From positions 117,244-181,243 of the forward strand of contig CAVSAJ010000004.1 in assembly GCA_963725895.1 (NCBI GenBank): 64,000 nt of DNA, given 5' to 3'. The notes below the pieces were generated by a model. That model made no database searches and was not told the DNA's origin. It was given only the letters and a program-made list of their open reading frames with translations. The translations under genes were made by a program, and so were the position numbers. The DNA is from an uncultured Acidimicrobiaceae bacterium (GTDB taxonomy: Bacteria; Actinomycetota; Acidimicrobiia; Acidimicrobiales; RAAP-2). Below are positions 28,094 to 39,360 of the stretch, in pieces; the stretch's first letter is position 1; every line of letters begins with the position of its first letter.

Positions 28094-29173
28094 GTGAGCG
28101 TCCGCCACCTGGAGCTGACCGACTTCCGTCTCTTCACGCACGCAGTCATTGAGCCCGAGCCAGAGGGTACGACGGTGATCACCGGCGCGAACGGCACCGG
28201 CAAGACGAGCGTGCTCGAGGCGCTGGCCTATCTCGGGACGCGACGCTCGTTCCGGGGCGCTCCGTCGGAGGCGTTGGTCCGTTCGGGCGCGACGAGTGCC
28301 ATCTTGCGTGCCGATCTCGATGGCCCCGACAGCCCCGTGCTCGTAGAAGCGGAGATCACGCCGGGCGGGAAGGGCCGGACCCGGGTGAACCGCAAAGCGG
28401 TCTCCGCCCGCAAGGACCTGGCCTCCGCCGCCCCGTGCACGGTGTTCTCGCCTGAGGATCTCGGGCTGATCAGCGGCGGACCCAAGGGCCGGCGAGACCT
28501 GCTCGATGACGCGCTGGCCCTGCTCGATCCCGAGGGTGCACGGGCGGCGGACGAAACAGAGAGGATCCTTCGCCAACGCGCCGCGCTGTTGCGCCAGTCG
28601 AGCGTGCGGTCGACTGCGGAGGTGACGACGACCCTCGACGTGTGGGACCAGCGCCTGGCCGACGCGGGCAAGATCCTCGTCGCCGCGCGCGAGCGGCTGG
28701 CCGTCGATCTCGACCCCTTGGTCGCCGCGGCCTACGACCACCTGGCGGGTGCGGCCGGCCGCTCGCTCGTGCGGCAGCAGTATCGCCGCAGCTGGGATGG
28801 CGACCTGCTGGCGGCGCTCGGGGCCAGCCGGCGCGACGACCTGCGGCGCGGCGTGAACACCGTCGGGCCCCATCGCGACGACCTGGTGCTGGCGATCGAG
28901 GGCCGTGAAGCACGCACCCACGCCTCCCAGGGCGAGCAGCGCTGCCTCGCCCTGGCACTGCGCCTCGGCGTGCACCAGCTCGTCCGGGCCCGGACCGCCC
29001 TGGTACCGACGCTGCTCCTCGACGACGTGTTCTCCGAGCTCGACCCCGACCGCAGCCGGGCCCTGGCCGCCGAGCTACCACCCGGCCAAGCACTCCTGAC
29101 CACCGCGGCGCCCCTGCCCGACGGGATCGCGGTGGCCCGGGTGATTCCGGTCGGCTCGCTGGCGGCGGCATGA
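28094..29173 (+). CDS. recF: DNA replication and repair protein RecF
   Basis: LELTDFRLF, Walker A GANGTGKTSVLEAL, signature SQGEQRCLALALRL, and Walker B LLLDDVFSELD. Confidence 0.9.
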   Translation: MSVRHLELTDFRLFTHAVIEPEPEGTTVITGANGTGKTSVLEALAYLGTRRSFRGAPSEALVRSGATSAILRADLDGPDSPVLVEAEITPGGKGRTRVNRKAVSARKDLASAAPCTVFSPEDLGLISGGPKGRRDLLDDALALLDPEGARAADETERILRQRAALLRQSSVRSTAEVTTTLDVWDQRLADAGKILVAARERLAVDLDPLVAAAYDHLAGAAGRSLVRQQYRRSWDGDLLAALGASRRDDLRRGVNTVGPHRDDLVLAIEGREARTHASQGEQRCLALALRLGVHQLVRARTALVPTLLLDDVFSELDPDRSRALAAELPPGQALLTTAAPLPDGIAVARVIPVGSLAAA

Positions 29174-29478
29174 CGGCCGCCGCGCGAGGCCCGCGTCACG
29201 TGGGGGAGTCCGTGCCGCGCCTCTTGAGCCGGCTCGGTGCGCCACCTTCGACGGCCACCATCGAGGCCGTCTTCAGCCAGTGGGAATCCGTGGCCGGCCC
29301 GGAGCTGGCAGCGCACGCGCGGCCGTTGCGCCTCGACGGCACGACGCTGGTGGTGGCGGTCGACCACGCGGCCTGGGGCACACGGGCGCGTATGGACGCC
29401 GCGCAGATCCTCGACCGGATCCGCACCGTGGATGGCGCGTCCGTCGAACGCGTCGAGGTGGTTGTCGAACGGCCCTAG
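29170..29478 (+). CDS. DUF721 / DciA-like protein (Rv0004 position)
   Basis: 102 aa, with its ATG overlapping the recF stop (ATGA). WESVAGPELAAHARPLRLDGTTLVVAVDHAAW resembles the DUF721 core. The recF-gyrB position is conserved. Confidence 0.7.
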   Translation: MTAAARGPRHVGESVPRLLSRLGAPPSTATIEAVFSQWESVAGPELAAHARPLRLDGTTLVVAVDHAAWGTRARMDAAQILDRIRTVDGASVERVEVVVERP

Positions 29479-29667
29479 GACCATTTCGCGCCGGTCCCGC
29501 GGACGTGCCCGTGACGAGGGTGTTCGCGGCGCCTTTTTGAGGTCGCCGTGGACCGTTCAAGAGTGCCGAATTGGCACGTCCGTCGGGTAGAATGGTTTGT
29601 CCGCATCGAAAGGCCGGAACTGCACCGTTCGGGGATTCGATTCGCACCGTGAGATCGTCGTTTTTGA

Positions 29668-31644
<1,977 letters not shown>

Positions 31645-31670
31645 GCGGCCGGACGGGAAGTAGGGAAGAC

Positions 31671-34193
31671 ATGCCACGTCAGTCGACGCGCGGCCCCGGC
31701 CGCGCCGGGGCAGGTTCGGGCGGGGGGAGCGAGACTCCGCCAGGCCCGCCAGAGGAGGGGTCGGACGGCGGAGCCGTCGAGCCGATCGAGCTGCAGGAGG
31801 AGATGGAGCGCTCCTTCCTCGAGTACTCCATGTCGGTCATCGTCGCCCGCGCGCTGCCAGACGTACGAGACGGCCTCAAGCCGGTACACCGGCGAATCCT
31901 CTACTCCATGTTCGACAACGGAGTGCGCCCCGACCGCCCGCGCAACAAGTGCGCCAAGGTCGTCGGTGAGGTCATGGGGACCTACCACCCCCATGGCGAC
32001 TCGGCGATCTACGAGGCACTGGCGCGCATGGTCCAGGAGTTCTCGTTACGCCATCCGCTGATTGACGGGCACGGGAGCTTCGGCGGCCGCGGCCCCGACG
32101 ACGGCGCGGCGGCGATGCGGTACACCGAGTGCCGCCTGGCGCCCCTCGCCCTCGAGCTCATGGCCGACATCGACGAAGAGACCGTCGACATGGTGGCCAA
32201 CTACGACGGGTCGGCCCTCGAGCCGGTGGTGCTCCCGGCTCGTTTCCCCAACTTGTTGGTGAACGGGTCGCAAGGCATCGCCGTCGGCATGGCGACCAAC
32301 GTGCCGCCGCACAACATGGGCGAGGTCATCGACGCAGCCATTCACGTGCTGCACCACCCCGAGGCGACGCCCGACGAGCTGATGGAGTTCGTCAAGGGTC
32401 CCGACTTCCCGACGGGCGCCCTCATTCTCGGCCGGCAGGGCATCCTCGACGCCTACCGGACCGGCCGGGGCTCGATCAAGATGCGTGCCGTCGCGGAGAT
32501 CGAAGAAGGCCGCGTCGGGGATCGCATCGTGGTCAGCGAGCTGCCCTACCAGACCTCGGTCGAGGTGATCGAGCAGAAGATCAGCGACCTGGTGAAGGCG
32601 GGCGAGCTGGACGGCATCAGCGGGGTGCTCAACGCGTCAGCGAACCAACAGCCACGCCTCATCATCGAGCTGAAGCGCGACGCCAACGCCAACGTGGTGC
32701 TCAACAACCTGTTCAAGCAGACGCCGATGCAGACCAGTTTCGGAGTGAACCTGCTGGCGCTGGTCGACAGCGTGCCGCGCACTCTGAACCTGGCGCAGGC
32801 CATCTCGCACTACGTCGACCACCAGATCGAGGTGATCCGGCGCCGGTCGGAGTTCAGGCTCGAGAAGGCGCGCAACCGTGCGCACATCGTCGAGGGCCTC
32901 TTGAAGGCGATCGACATGCTCGACGCGGTGATCGCCACCATCCGGGCGTCAGACGACCGCCCAGCCGCCCGCACCGCCCTGATGGCGGAGCCCTTCTCCT
33001 TCACCGAGGTGCAGGCGACCCACATCCTCGACATGACGCTGGGCCGGCTCACCCGGCTCGGGCGTTCCGAGCTCGAGGAGGAGATGGCGCAGCTGCGCGC
33101 CACCATCGCCGAGCTCGAGGCGATCCTCGCCGACGACGCCAAGCTCCGGGGCGTCATCGAGACGGAGATGACCGAGATCCGGGACAAGCACGCCAACGAG
33201 CGCCGGAGCGTCATCACGCACGACCCGGGCGAGATGGGCGTCGAGGACCTGATCGACGACGAAGAGATCGTCGTGACCCTCACCAGGGCGGGCTATATCA
33301 AGTCGGTGGCCGCCGCCGCCTTCCGCACCCAGGGGCGCGGTGGGCGCGGGGTCCAAGGCGCCCGCCTGAAAGAAGAGGACCTGGTCAGCCAGGTCGTGCA
33401 CACCACGTCGCACACTTACCTGCTGCTGTTCTCCAACCGGGGCAAGGTCTACCGGCTACGGGGGCACGAGATCCCGGTGAAGGACCGCACGGCGCGCGGC
33501 ACCGCCGCGGTCAACCTGGTCCCGCTGGCGCCGAACGAGTCGATCACCGCCATCATCGCCACCCGCGAGTTCTCGCCCGACCAGTACCTGGTCTTCGCCA
33601 CGGCCCACGGACAGGTCAAGAAGACGGCGCTGAGCGAGTACGACAAGTCGCGTCGGGAAGGATTCATCGCCATCAACCTGCGCGACGGTGACGAGCTGGT
33701 CCGTGTGGTCGCCACGTCGGGCAACGACGACCTCTTCGAAGTGACCCGCAACGGCATGACGATCCGCTTCAACGAAGAGGACGTGCGGCCCATGGGCCGC
33801 GACGCCGGTGGGGTCCGCGGCATCCGCCTACGCGCAGGCGACCTCGTGGTGTCCTGCGACGTGGCGGCGGACGACACCGACATCCTGATCGTGACCGACG
33901 CCGGCTACGGCAAGCGCACCAAGCTCGAGCGTTTCAACCGGCAGGCCCGAGGCGGACAGGGCGTGCGCGGCATCCGGCTGACCGGCGCCCGCGGCACCGT
34001 CGTCAGCGCGTTCATGGTGGCCCTGGACGAAGAGATCCTGCTCGTGTCCTCTGGCGGCGTGGTCATCCGGACTGCGGCGCGGGAGATCGCGTCGCAGGGT
34101 CGGGACGCGACGGGGGTCCGGGTCATGAACCTCGACGCCGGACAGACGGTGGCGGCGGTGGCACGGGTGGCGGCGGAGGCCGACGAGGAGTAG
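31671..34193 (+). CDS. gyrA: DNA gyrase subunit A
   Basis: [48 protein letters not shown] (QRDR), beta-pinwheel C-terminal repeats, 840 aa. Confidence 0.97.
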   Translation: MPRQSTRGPGRAGAGSGGGSETPPGPPEEGSDGGAVEPIELQEEMERSFLEYSMSVIVARALPDVRDGLKPVHRRILYSMFDNGVRPDRPRNKCAKVVGEVMGTYHPHGDSAIYEALARMVQEFSLRHPLIDGHGSFGGRGPDDGAAAMRYTECRLAPLALELMADIDEETVDMVANYDGSALEPVVLPARFPNLLVNGSQGIAVGMATNVPPHNMGEVIDAAIHVLHHPEATPDELMEFVKGPDFPTGALILGRQGILDAYRTGRGSIKMRAVAEIEEGRVGDRIVVSELPYQTSVEVIEQKISDLVKAGELDGISGVLNASANQQPRLIIELKRDANANVVLNNLFKQTPMQTSFGVNLLALVDSVPRTLNLAQAISHYVDHQIEVIRRRSEFRLEKARNRAHIVEGLLKAIDMLDAVIATIRASDDRPAARTALMAEPFSFTEVQATHILDMTLGRLTRLGRSELEEEMAQLRATIAELEAILADDAKLRGVIETEMTEIRDKHANERRSVITHDPGEMGVEDLIDDEEIVVTLTRAGYIKSVAAAAFRTQGRGGRGVQGARLKEEDLVSQVVHTTSHTYLLLFSNRGKVYRLRGHEIPVKDRTARGTAAVNLVPLAPNESITAIIATREFSPDQYLVFATAHGQVKKTALSEYDKSRREGFIAINLRDGDELVRVVATSGNDDLFEVTRNGMTIRFNEEDVRPMGRDAGGVRGIRLRAGDLVVSCDVAADDTDILIVTDAGYGKRTKLERFNRQARGGQGVRGIRLTGARGTVVSAFMVALDEEILLVSSGGVVIRTAAREIASQGRDATGVRVMNLDAGQTVAAVARVAAEADEE

Positions 34194-34230
34194 CCGGTTG
34201 ACCCCGAGGGCGCCCTGGCCGCTCGGCTGA

Positions 34231-34971
34231 TCAGAAGATGTGAATGGACGAGATCGGCCAGACCCGCAGCTCGACCTTGCCGACGATGAGCGACTTGGGG
34301 ATCGGACCCCAGTAGCGACTGTCACAGGAGTCAGTCCGGTTGTCACCCATGACGAAGTAGTCGTTGGCCGGGATGTGGTAGGGGTGGTTGAGGCTGTACG
34401 CGGTGCCTGCGGGGCCTGGGCTCGTCACGCCCTGCTCCGAAGGAACGAGCCAGGGCTCGTTGAGACGCTTCCGGTCGATGTAGACGTAGCCGTTGCCCAA
34501 GGAGATGGTCTCGCCCGGCAGCCCGATGACCCGCTTCACGAGGTCGTTCACCTCCGGACCGCCGCAGTTCTCGGCCGGCGGCCTCGCAAAGACGACGATG
34601 TCGCCGCGATCCACGCCGTGGAAGTCGTAACTGAGCTTGTTGACGAGGATGCGATCGCCGATCTGCAGCGTCGGCAACATGGAGCCCGAGGGGATGAAGA
34701 AGGTCTGGACGACGAAGGCGCGTAGGAGCACCGCCACCAGGACGGCGATGACCACCACGATGACGCCCTCGCGGATCCAGCGCGCGTTCGAACGCCGTGC
34801 TCCCGCCTCGGCCGACCCGGATGGACCGTCGGGCCCGGTCGGACCGCCCGGCCCGCTTGGACCGCCCGGTCCCTCCCCTCCGTCGGGTCCAGCAGGAGGC
34901 TCAGTTCCGGGGTGGGCGTCCGAAAGAAGCTCCTCGACGGCGACCGCCGGGTCGTTCTGTTCGAGCGTCAC
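34231..34971 (-). CDS. lepB: Signal peptidase I
   Basis: IPSGSMLPTLQIGDRILVNKL (catalytic Ser box), GDNRTDSCDSRYWGPIP, one N-terminal TM, and a Gly-Pro-rich cytoplasmic tail. Confidence 0.85.
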   Translation of the reverse strand: MTLEQNDPAVAVEELLSDAHPGTEPPAGPDGGEGPGGPSGPGGPTGPDGPSGSAEAGARRSNARWIREGVIVVVIAVLVAVLLRAFVVQTFFIPSGSMLPTLQIGDRILVNKLSYDFHGVDRGDIVVFARPPAENCGGPEVNDLVKRVIGLPGETISLGNGYVYIDRKRLNEPWLVPSEQGVTSPGPAGTAYSLNHPYHIPANDYFVMGDNRTDSCDSRYWGPIPKSLIVGKVELRVWPISSIHIF

Positions 34972-35008
34972 CGGAGGCAGGCTAGACGGCGGTGCGAACG
35001 CCCGGGGC

Positions 35009-36736
35009 TCAGGCCCGGACCGGGATCACCGAGGCCGTGTCCCGGCCTGATCGCAACAACGAGCCGGGCAGCGCCCCGGTCGGCGCTCCGTCACGAACAG
35101 TTTCCACGCCGTTCACCAGCACCCGGACGACCCCGTGGGAGCCTGCGTAGAGGCGCGGGGTGCCGCCCGGCAGGTCGTGCACCAGCCGGGCCGGTTCCGA
35201 ATCCACCGTGGCGGGGTCGAAGACGACCAGGTCGGCGGCGAAGCCTTCCCGCACGACGCCACGCTCACGGATCCCGAACAGCTCCGCCGGTTGCGACGTC
35301 ATCATTCGTACCGCCTGCTCGACCGCCACGAGCTTGCGGCCCCGGAGGCAGTCGGCCAGAAAGGCCGTCGGGTAGTTCGAGCCGCACATGCGGTCGAGGT
35401 GCGCACCGGCGTCGGACCCGCCGACCATGGCGCGCGGATCGTCCCAGATGGCGGCGCGCATGTGCCAGGTGGCGTCGGTCCCGTCGTCTGTGTTCGGCCA
35501 CAACACCGTGCGGAGGTCGTCGGCCAAGACAATATCCAACAGGGTGTCGAACGGTGCGGTGCCGCGCTCGGCCGCGATGTCGGCCACGCGACGGAAGGCG
35601 CACCCCTCGTTGGCCGGGGAGAAGGTGTCGCCGATGACATAGGTGCCCCAGTGGGACAGCCCTCGGAAGACGCCGGCTTCCTTGCTGCGCGCCCGCTCGT
35701 CGAGCTGGGCCCTTATGTCGGGGTCGCCCAACTGCTTCATGCGCTCGTCCTCCGGCAGGCCCATGACGTCGCCCCAACCGGGAATCAGGAACAGCGCGCA
35801 GTGCGTGCGGAAGCTCATGTTCATCGGGACCAGCGTGGGCATGGTGAGCGCAACGATGCGCCCACCAGCCGCGGCCGCGGCGGACGAGGCCGAGAGCTGG
35901 TGTTCGATGCGCTCAGCCGCACGGGCATCAACGGTCAGGACGTTCCAGTTCAGGGGTCGCCGTGCCGTCACACTCATCGCCGTCATGAGATCGATCTCCT
36001 CGGGGCTGAACGAGTCCAGGCAGCCGTTGGTGATGTACTCGAGCGTGGTGCCCTCGTGCGCGCCGACCTCCTCGGAGAAGGCCAGCATCTCGCGCCGGTC
36101 GGCGTAGCGGGAGCTGATGGGACGTCCCTCGCCGTCGGAGTGCGTGCGCGACTGAGACGACGAGAAGCCCAAGCCCCCAGCCTCGATCGACTCGGACAGG
36201 AGGGCGCGCATGGCTGCAATCTCTTCGTCAGATGCCACGTCCTCCCCGCGCGATGCCCCCATGACCTTGCGCCGCAGTGCGCAATGCCCGACTAAGAAGC
36301 CGGCGTTCACTCCGAGGCGACCGTCCAGCGCGTCGAGGTACTCCGCGAAACTGGACCACGTCCAGGGGACACCGTGTTCGAGAGCGGCCAATGGCATGCC
36401 CTCGACCTTGGCCATCATGCGGCGGATGTAGTCCGCATCCGCCGCGTTGATCGGGGCCAAGGTAAAGCCGCAGTTGCCGCCGATCACCGTTGTGACCCCG
36501 TGCACATTGGAGGGGGAGGCGGTCGGGTCCCAGAACAGCTGTGCGTCGTAGTGCGTGTGCGGGTCGATGACACCGGGCATCACGGTCAGCCCCGAGGCGT
36601 CCAATTCGGTGCTGGCCGGTTCGACGACCTCGCCGACGGCAGCGATGCGGCCGTCCCGGATGCCGACGTCGTCCCGGCGGGCCGGAGCCCCCGTGCCGTC
36701 GATCAGCGTGCCGGATCGGATGACGTAGTCGAGCAT
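35009..36736 (-). CDS. N-acyl-D-amino-acid deacylase (D-aminoacylase) family amidohydrolase
   Basis: IRSGTLIDGTGAP...DVGIRDGRIAAVG...MPGVIDPHTHYD...VTTVIGGNCGF is the characteristic N-terminus; 575 aa. Confidence 0.8.
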   Translation of the reverse strand: MLDYVIRSGTLIDGTGAPARRDDVGIRDGRIAAVGEVVEPASTELDASGLTVMPGVIDPHTHYDAQLFWDPTASPSNVHGVTTVIGGNCGFTLAPINAADADYIRRMMAKVEGMPLAALEHGVPWTWSSFAEYLDALDGRLGVNAGFLVGHCALRRKVMGASRGEDVASDEEIAAMRALLSESIEAGGLGFSSSQSRTHSDGEGRPISSRYADRREMLAFSEEVGAHEGTTLEYITNGCLDSFSPEEIDLMTAMSVTARRPLNWNVLTVDARAAERIEHQLSASSAAAAAGGRIVALTMPTLVPMNMSFRTHCALFLIPGWGDVMGLPEDERMKQLGDPDIRAQLDERARSKEAGVFRGLSHWGTYVIGDTFSPANEGCAFRRVADIAAERGTAPFDTLLDIVLADDLRTVLWPNTDDGTDATWHMRAAIWDDPRAMVGGSDAGAHLDRMCGSNYPTAFLADCLRGRKLVAVEQAVRMMTSQPAELFGIRERGVVREGFAADLVVFDPATVDSEPARLVHDLPGGTPRLYAGSHGVVRVLVNGVETVRDGAPTGALPGSLLRSGRDTASVIPVRA

Positions 36737-36862
36737 GGGACCTCCGGGGTGCCGCCCCCGGCGCGGCGCGGCGCGGCGCGGCGGCGGGAACAGGCCAGCG
36801 AATCTGACGGGTCGTCAGCTTAGAATCATCCCAACGCCAGCGCAGAACGACGGCGGGAGGAG

Positions 36863-37465
36863 TCAGCCCGGCCGAGTCTGGGTGGGGATTGCCCCTTCCT
36901 TGTAGTCACTGATGATGACTGCCCTGATCTCCGCCAACCGCGCCCCGACGGCCTGCTGGCGCGTCACGAGCGCCGTGACCTGTTGCTCGAGGAGCGCCAG
37001 GACCCGCTCGACATCCTCGGCTGAAGTCAGGTCGACGCTGGCCATGTGGACATGGACGGCGAGCAAGGCATCCGAGCGGGCGAAGAGCCTGGGGTCCGCC
37101 GCCGCGTCAGCGGCCGGGGCCTCGGGTGCGGAGGCGGGCTTCCCCGATGAGGGGTCGGCCAGCACACCGGGGAGGTCGTCGATGATCTCCTTGCTGCTGG
37201 GTGCGTCCGTGGCCAGGCGATGACGGAGGATGGCCACGTCGTCCGTCAAGACGCCCAGTGCGTAGTTCAGAGCGCCGAGGGCGCGGCTGAGCTCGTCGCG
37301 CCACACACGGATGGATGCTGTTCCCTGCTTGTCCCCGACGCCGGCCGACTCCTCCAGCGCGCGGTCGATGTCTCCTAGCAGGACCGGAGGGTCCTCGTCC
37401 CTCCGGTCCCCGGCCTCTCGGTGTCCGCCGCCATCATCGGGCAGGTGCGCCTGAGCTGATGGCAC
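36863..37465 (-). CDS. Hypothetical helical protein, acidic N-terminus, no recognised domain
   Basis: 200-aa ORF with GC3-rich codons. Predicted long helices are IRVWRDELSRALGALNYALGVLTDDVAILRHRLA and VERVLALLEQQVTALVTRQQAVGARLAEIRAVI. Confidence 0.5.
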   Translation of the reverse strand: MPSAQAHLPDDGGGHREAGDRRDEDPPVLLGDIDRALEESAGVGDKQGTASIRVWRDELSRALGALNYALGVLTDDVAILRHRLATDAPSSKEIIDDLPGVLADPSSGKPASAPEAPAADAAADPRLFARSDALLAVHVHMASVDLTSAEDVERVLALLEQQVTALVTRQQAVGARLAEIRAVIISDYKEGAIPTQTRPG

Positions 37466-37588
37466 TGGGTCACGCTCCTCTGCACCGCCGGGATTCCACG
37501 GGCTGGCGCCCGTTCATTCAGATCCTCTTTAGCACCCAGTCCCCAAGGACGGTAAGTGCTGATGGTCACTATTTCCTTTGTTGTCGGG

Positions 37589-37657
37589 CCTGTGGACGAC
37601 ATCGCTGTACCTGGATGACACCCGTGTCCGTGCATTCATCCCCAAGTCGTCCACAGG
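37589..37657. repeat. 12-bp perfect inverted repeat CCTGTGGACGAC ... GTCGTCCACAGG (45-nt spacer)
   Basis: Arms at 37589-37600 and 37646-37657. Each contains a GTCCACA core. It lies in the 285-bp low-GC divergent spacer upstream of dcd. Confidence 0.6.
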
Positions 37658-37751
37658 GTGTGCCCGATGCCGCCCCCAGCACCCCGCTTCCTCTTGAGGG
37701 CACCACGTGCTTTGCTCTGTCGGTGGACGCATTCCAGTCCCTCGAGGCACG

Positions 37752-38900
37752 GTGGCGCAGGTGGTCCTGAGCCTCCACGCGACATCCGAAGGGGTTCTTC
37801 CGGGCCAGTTGCTCGAGCGGGCGATCCACGCCGGCTATATCGACGCCGGGCGGTTCAAGGTCCCCGACGCCAACGTGCAGCCGGCCAGCCTCGACCTTCG
37901 TCTCGGCGAGCGCGCCTTGCGCATCCGATGCAGCTTCCTTCCCGGTGACGACTCCGTCGAGCGAAAGCTGAAGGACTACATCCTCGATGAGATCGACCTG
38001 CGTGGCGACGGGGCAATGCTCGAGGCACGGTGTCCCTACCTGATCGAACTCAAGGAACGACTCGACCTCCCGGCGGGGCTGCGCGGCAAGGCCAACCCCA
38101 AGAGCTCGACGGGTCGTATTGACGTCTTCACGCGTGTCATCACCGATCACAGCCACCGGTTCGACGAGATCGCGCCGGGCTATCACGGCCCGCTGTATCT
38201 CGAGGTGGTGCCACTCTCGTTTGCGGTCCGGGTCAAGGAGGACTTGGCGCTGAACCAGTTGCGGTTGTCGACGGGTCGGCCCTGGTTGACCGACGACGAG
38301 GTGCGCCAGACACATCTGGCCGTTCCCATCCTCTTTCGGCGTGGCGAGCCACTCCCGGTCGAAGACCTGGTGCTGTCGAACGGGCTCTTCTTGGGCCTCG
38401 ACCTCCATGGCGACGAGCGCGGGCAGGTGGGGTACAGCACACGGGAGAGCGCGCCGCTGCTGGACCTGACCACCGGGCTCGAGGTCGACCCGACACCCTT
38501 TTGGGATCCGGTCTACCGAGAAGAGGGCGACCGCCTCGTTCTGTCGCCGCGGCGCTTCTACCTCTTGATGTCGGACGAGGCAGTGAGCATCCCGCCGACC
38601 CTGGCTGCGGAGATGACGGCGTACGACCCGACGAGCGGCGAACTCCGCACTCATTACGCCGGCTTCTTCGACCCGGGCTTCGGGTTCGACCCGGCAGGGT
38701 GCTTCCGCGGCTCACGGGCCGCCCTCGAGGTGAGGGCGCACGATGTGCCCTTCATGGTCGAGAACGGGCAAGCCGTGTGCAAGCTGACCTTCGAGCGCAT
38801 GCTGGAAGAGCCGACGGCGCTCTACGGCAGCAGCATCGGATCGTCGTACCAGCAGCAGGAGGAGACGCTGAGCCGGTACTTCCGGCGCGCTCCTGGCTGA
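37752..38900 (+). CDS. dcd: 2'-deoxycytidine 5'-triphosphate deaminase, long (~380 aa) DCD-family form
   Basis: VQPASLDLRLGERALRIRCSFLPG, ANPKSSTGRIDVFTRVITD and PGYHGPLYLEVVP match the remembered PF06559-type DCD proteins. GTG 37752 or 37761 is the likely start. Confidence 0.75.
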   Translation: MAQVVLSLHATSEGVLPGQLLERAIHAGYIDAGRFKVPDANVQPASLDLRLGERALRIRCSFLPGDDSVERKLKDYILDEIDLRGDGAMLEARCPYLIELKERLDLPAGLRGKANPKSSTGRIDVFTRVITDHSHRFDEIAPGYHGPLYLEVVPLSFAVRVKEDLALNQLRLSTGRPWLTDDEVRQTHLAVPILFRRGEPLPVEDLVLSNGLFLGLDLHGDERGQVGYSTRESAPLLDLTTGLEVDPTPFWDPVYREEGDRLVLSPRRFYLLMSDEAVSIPPTLAAEMTAYDPTSGELRTHYAGFFDPGFGFDPAGCFRGSRAALEVRAHDVPFMVENGQAVCKLTFERMLEEPTALYGSSIGSSYQQQEETLSRYFRRAPG

Positions 38901-39360
38901 TTCGGCGGTCCAGGCGTCGCCCACCACGGCCAAAAGCGCTTCGACCGGTGCGCTTTCGGGAACGTCCGGCATTGTGGACGCACGGTGACGAACGTCGACG
39001 GCTCGCTCGTCACGACGCCGAATCAACTCGTGTCCAACGTTGCCGCGACCGCGCCAATTGGTGATGCGTTGATCACTGTCGGCGCGATCGTGTCAGAGCC
39101 CGGACAGACATCGCGCATCTCACAACAGCATCACAACTGCAGCACCGCGGAAATGATGCGCAAGGTTGACGAGCGAAACGCGTTTTTCAGAGTCACAACC
39201 CGCGTTCGAAATGAATGCGGATCGAATCCACGAACCTCGTACTCATGGGGACCCAGTCGCTATATGGTTGGCGTGGAGGGGGTAAGTGCAGTAGTTCCCG
39301 GAGAGTCGGGCTCCGAGCCGGCATCGCCCCCGCCAGTTGGACAATTCCTGGTGGAGGAAG

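Noticed and set aside
29588-29593. A TAGAAT hexamer as the gyrB -10 promoter element (a similar TAGAAT lies at ~36825)
   Set aside because: It is plausible, but no convincing -35 element at proper spacing was found. Without TSS data the call would be a guess, so it is not listed as a feature.
36759-36786. A (GGCGC)n pentanucleotide run upstream of the D-aminoacylase gene
   Set aside because: It is a short, simple GC-rich microsatellite of about five units, with no accompanying structure. It could be a slippage site, but nothing supports a function.
37752-38900. The dCTP deaminase as an anti-phage nucleotide-depletion defence gene
   Set aside because: The sequence matches the housekeeping long-form DCD family. 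It has no fused kinase or sensor domain, and no neighbouring defence, mobile or toxin genes. Its context is core chromosome near the origin.
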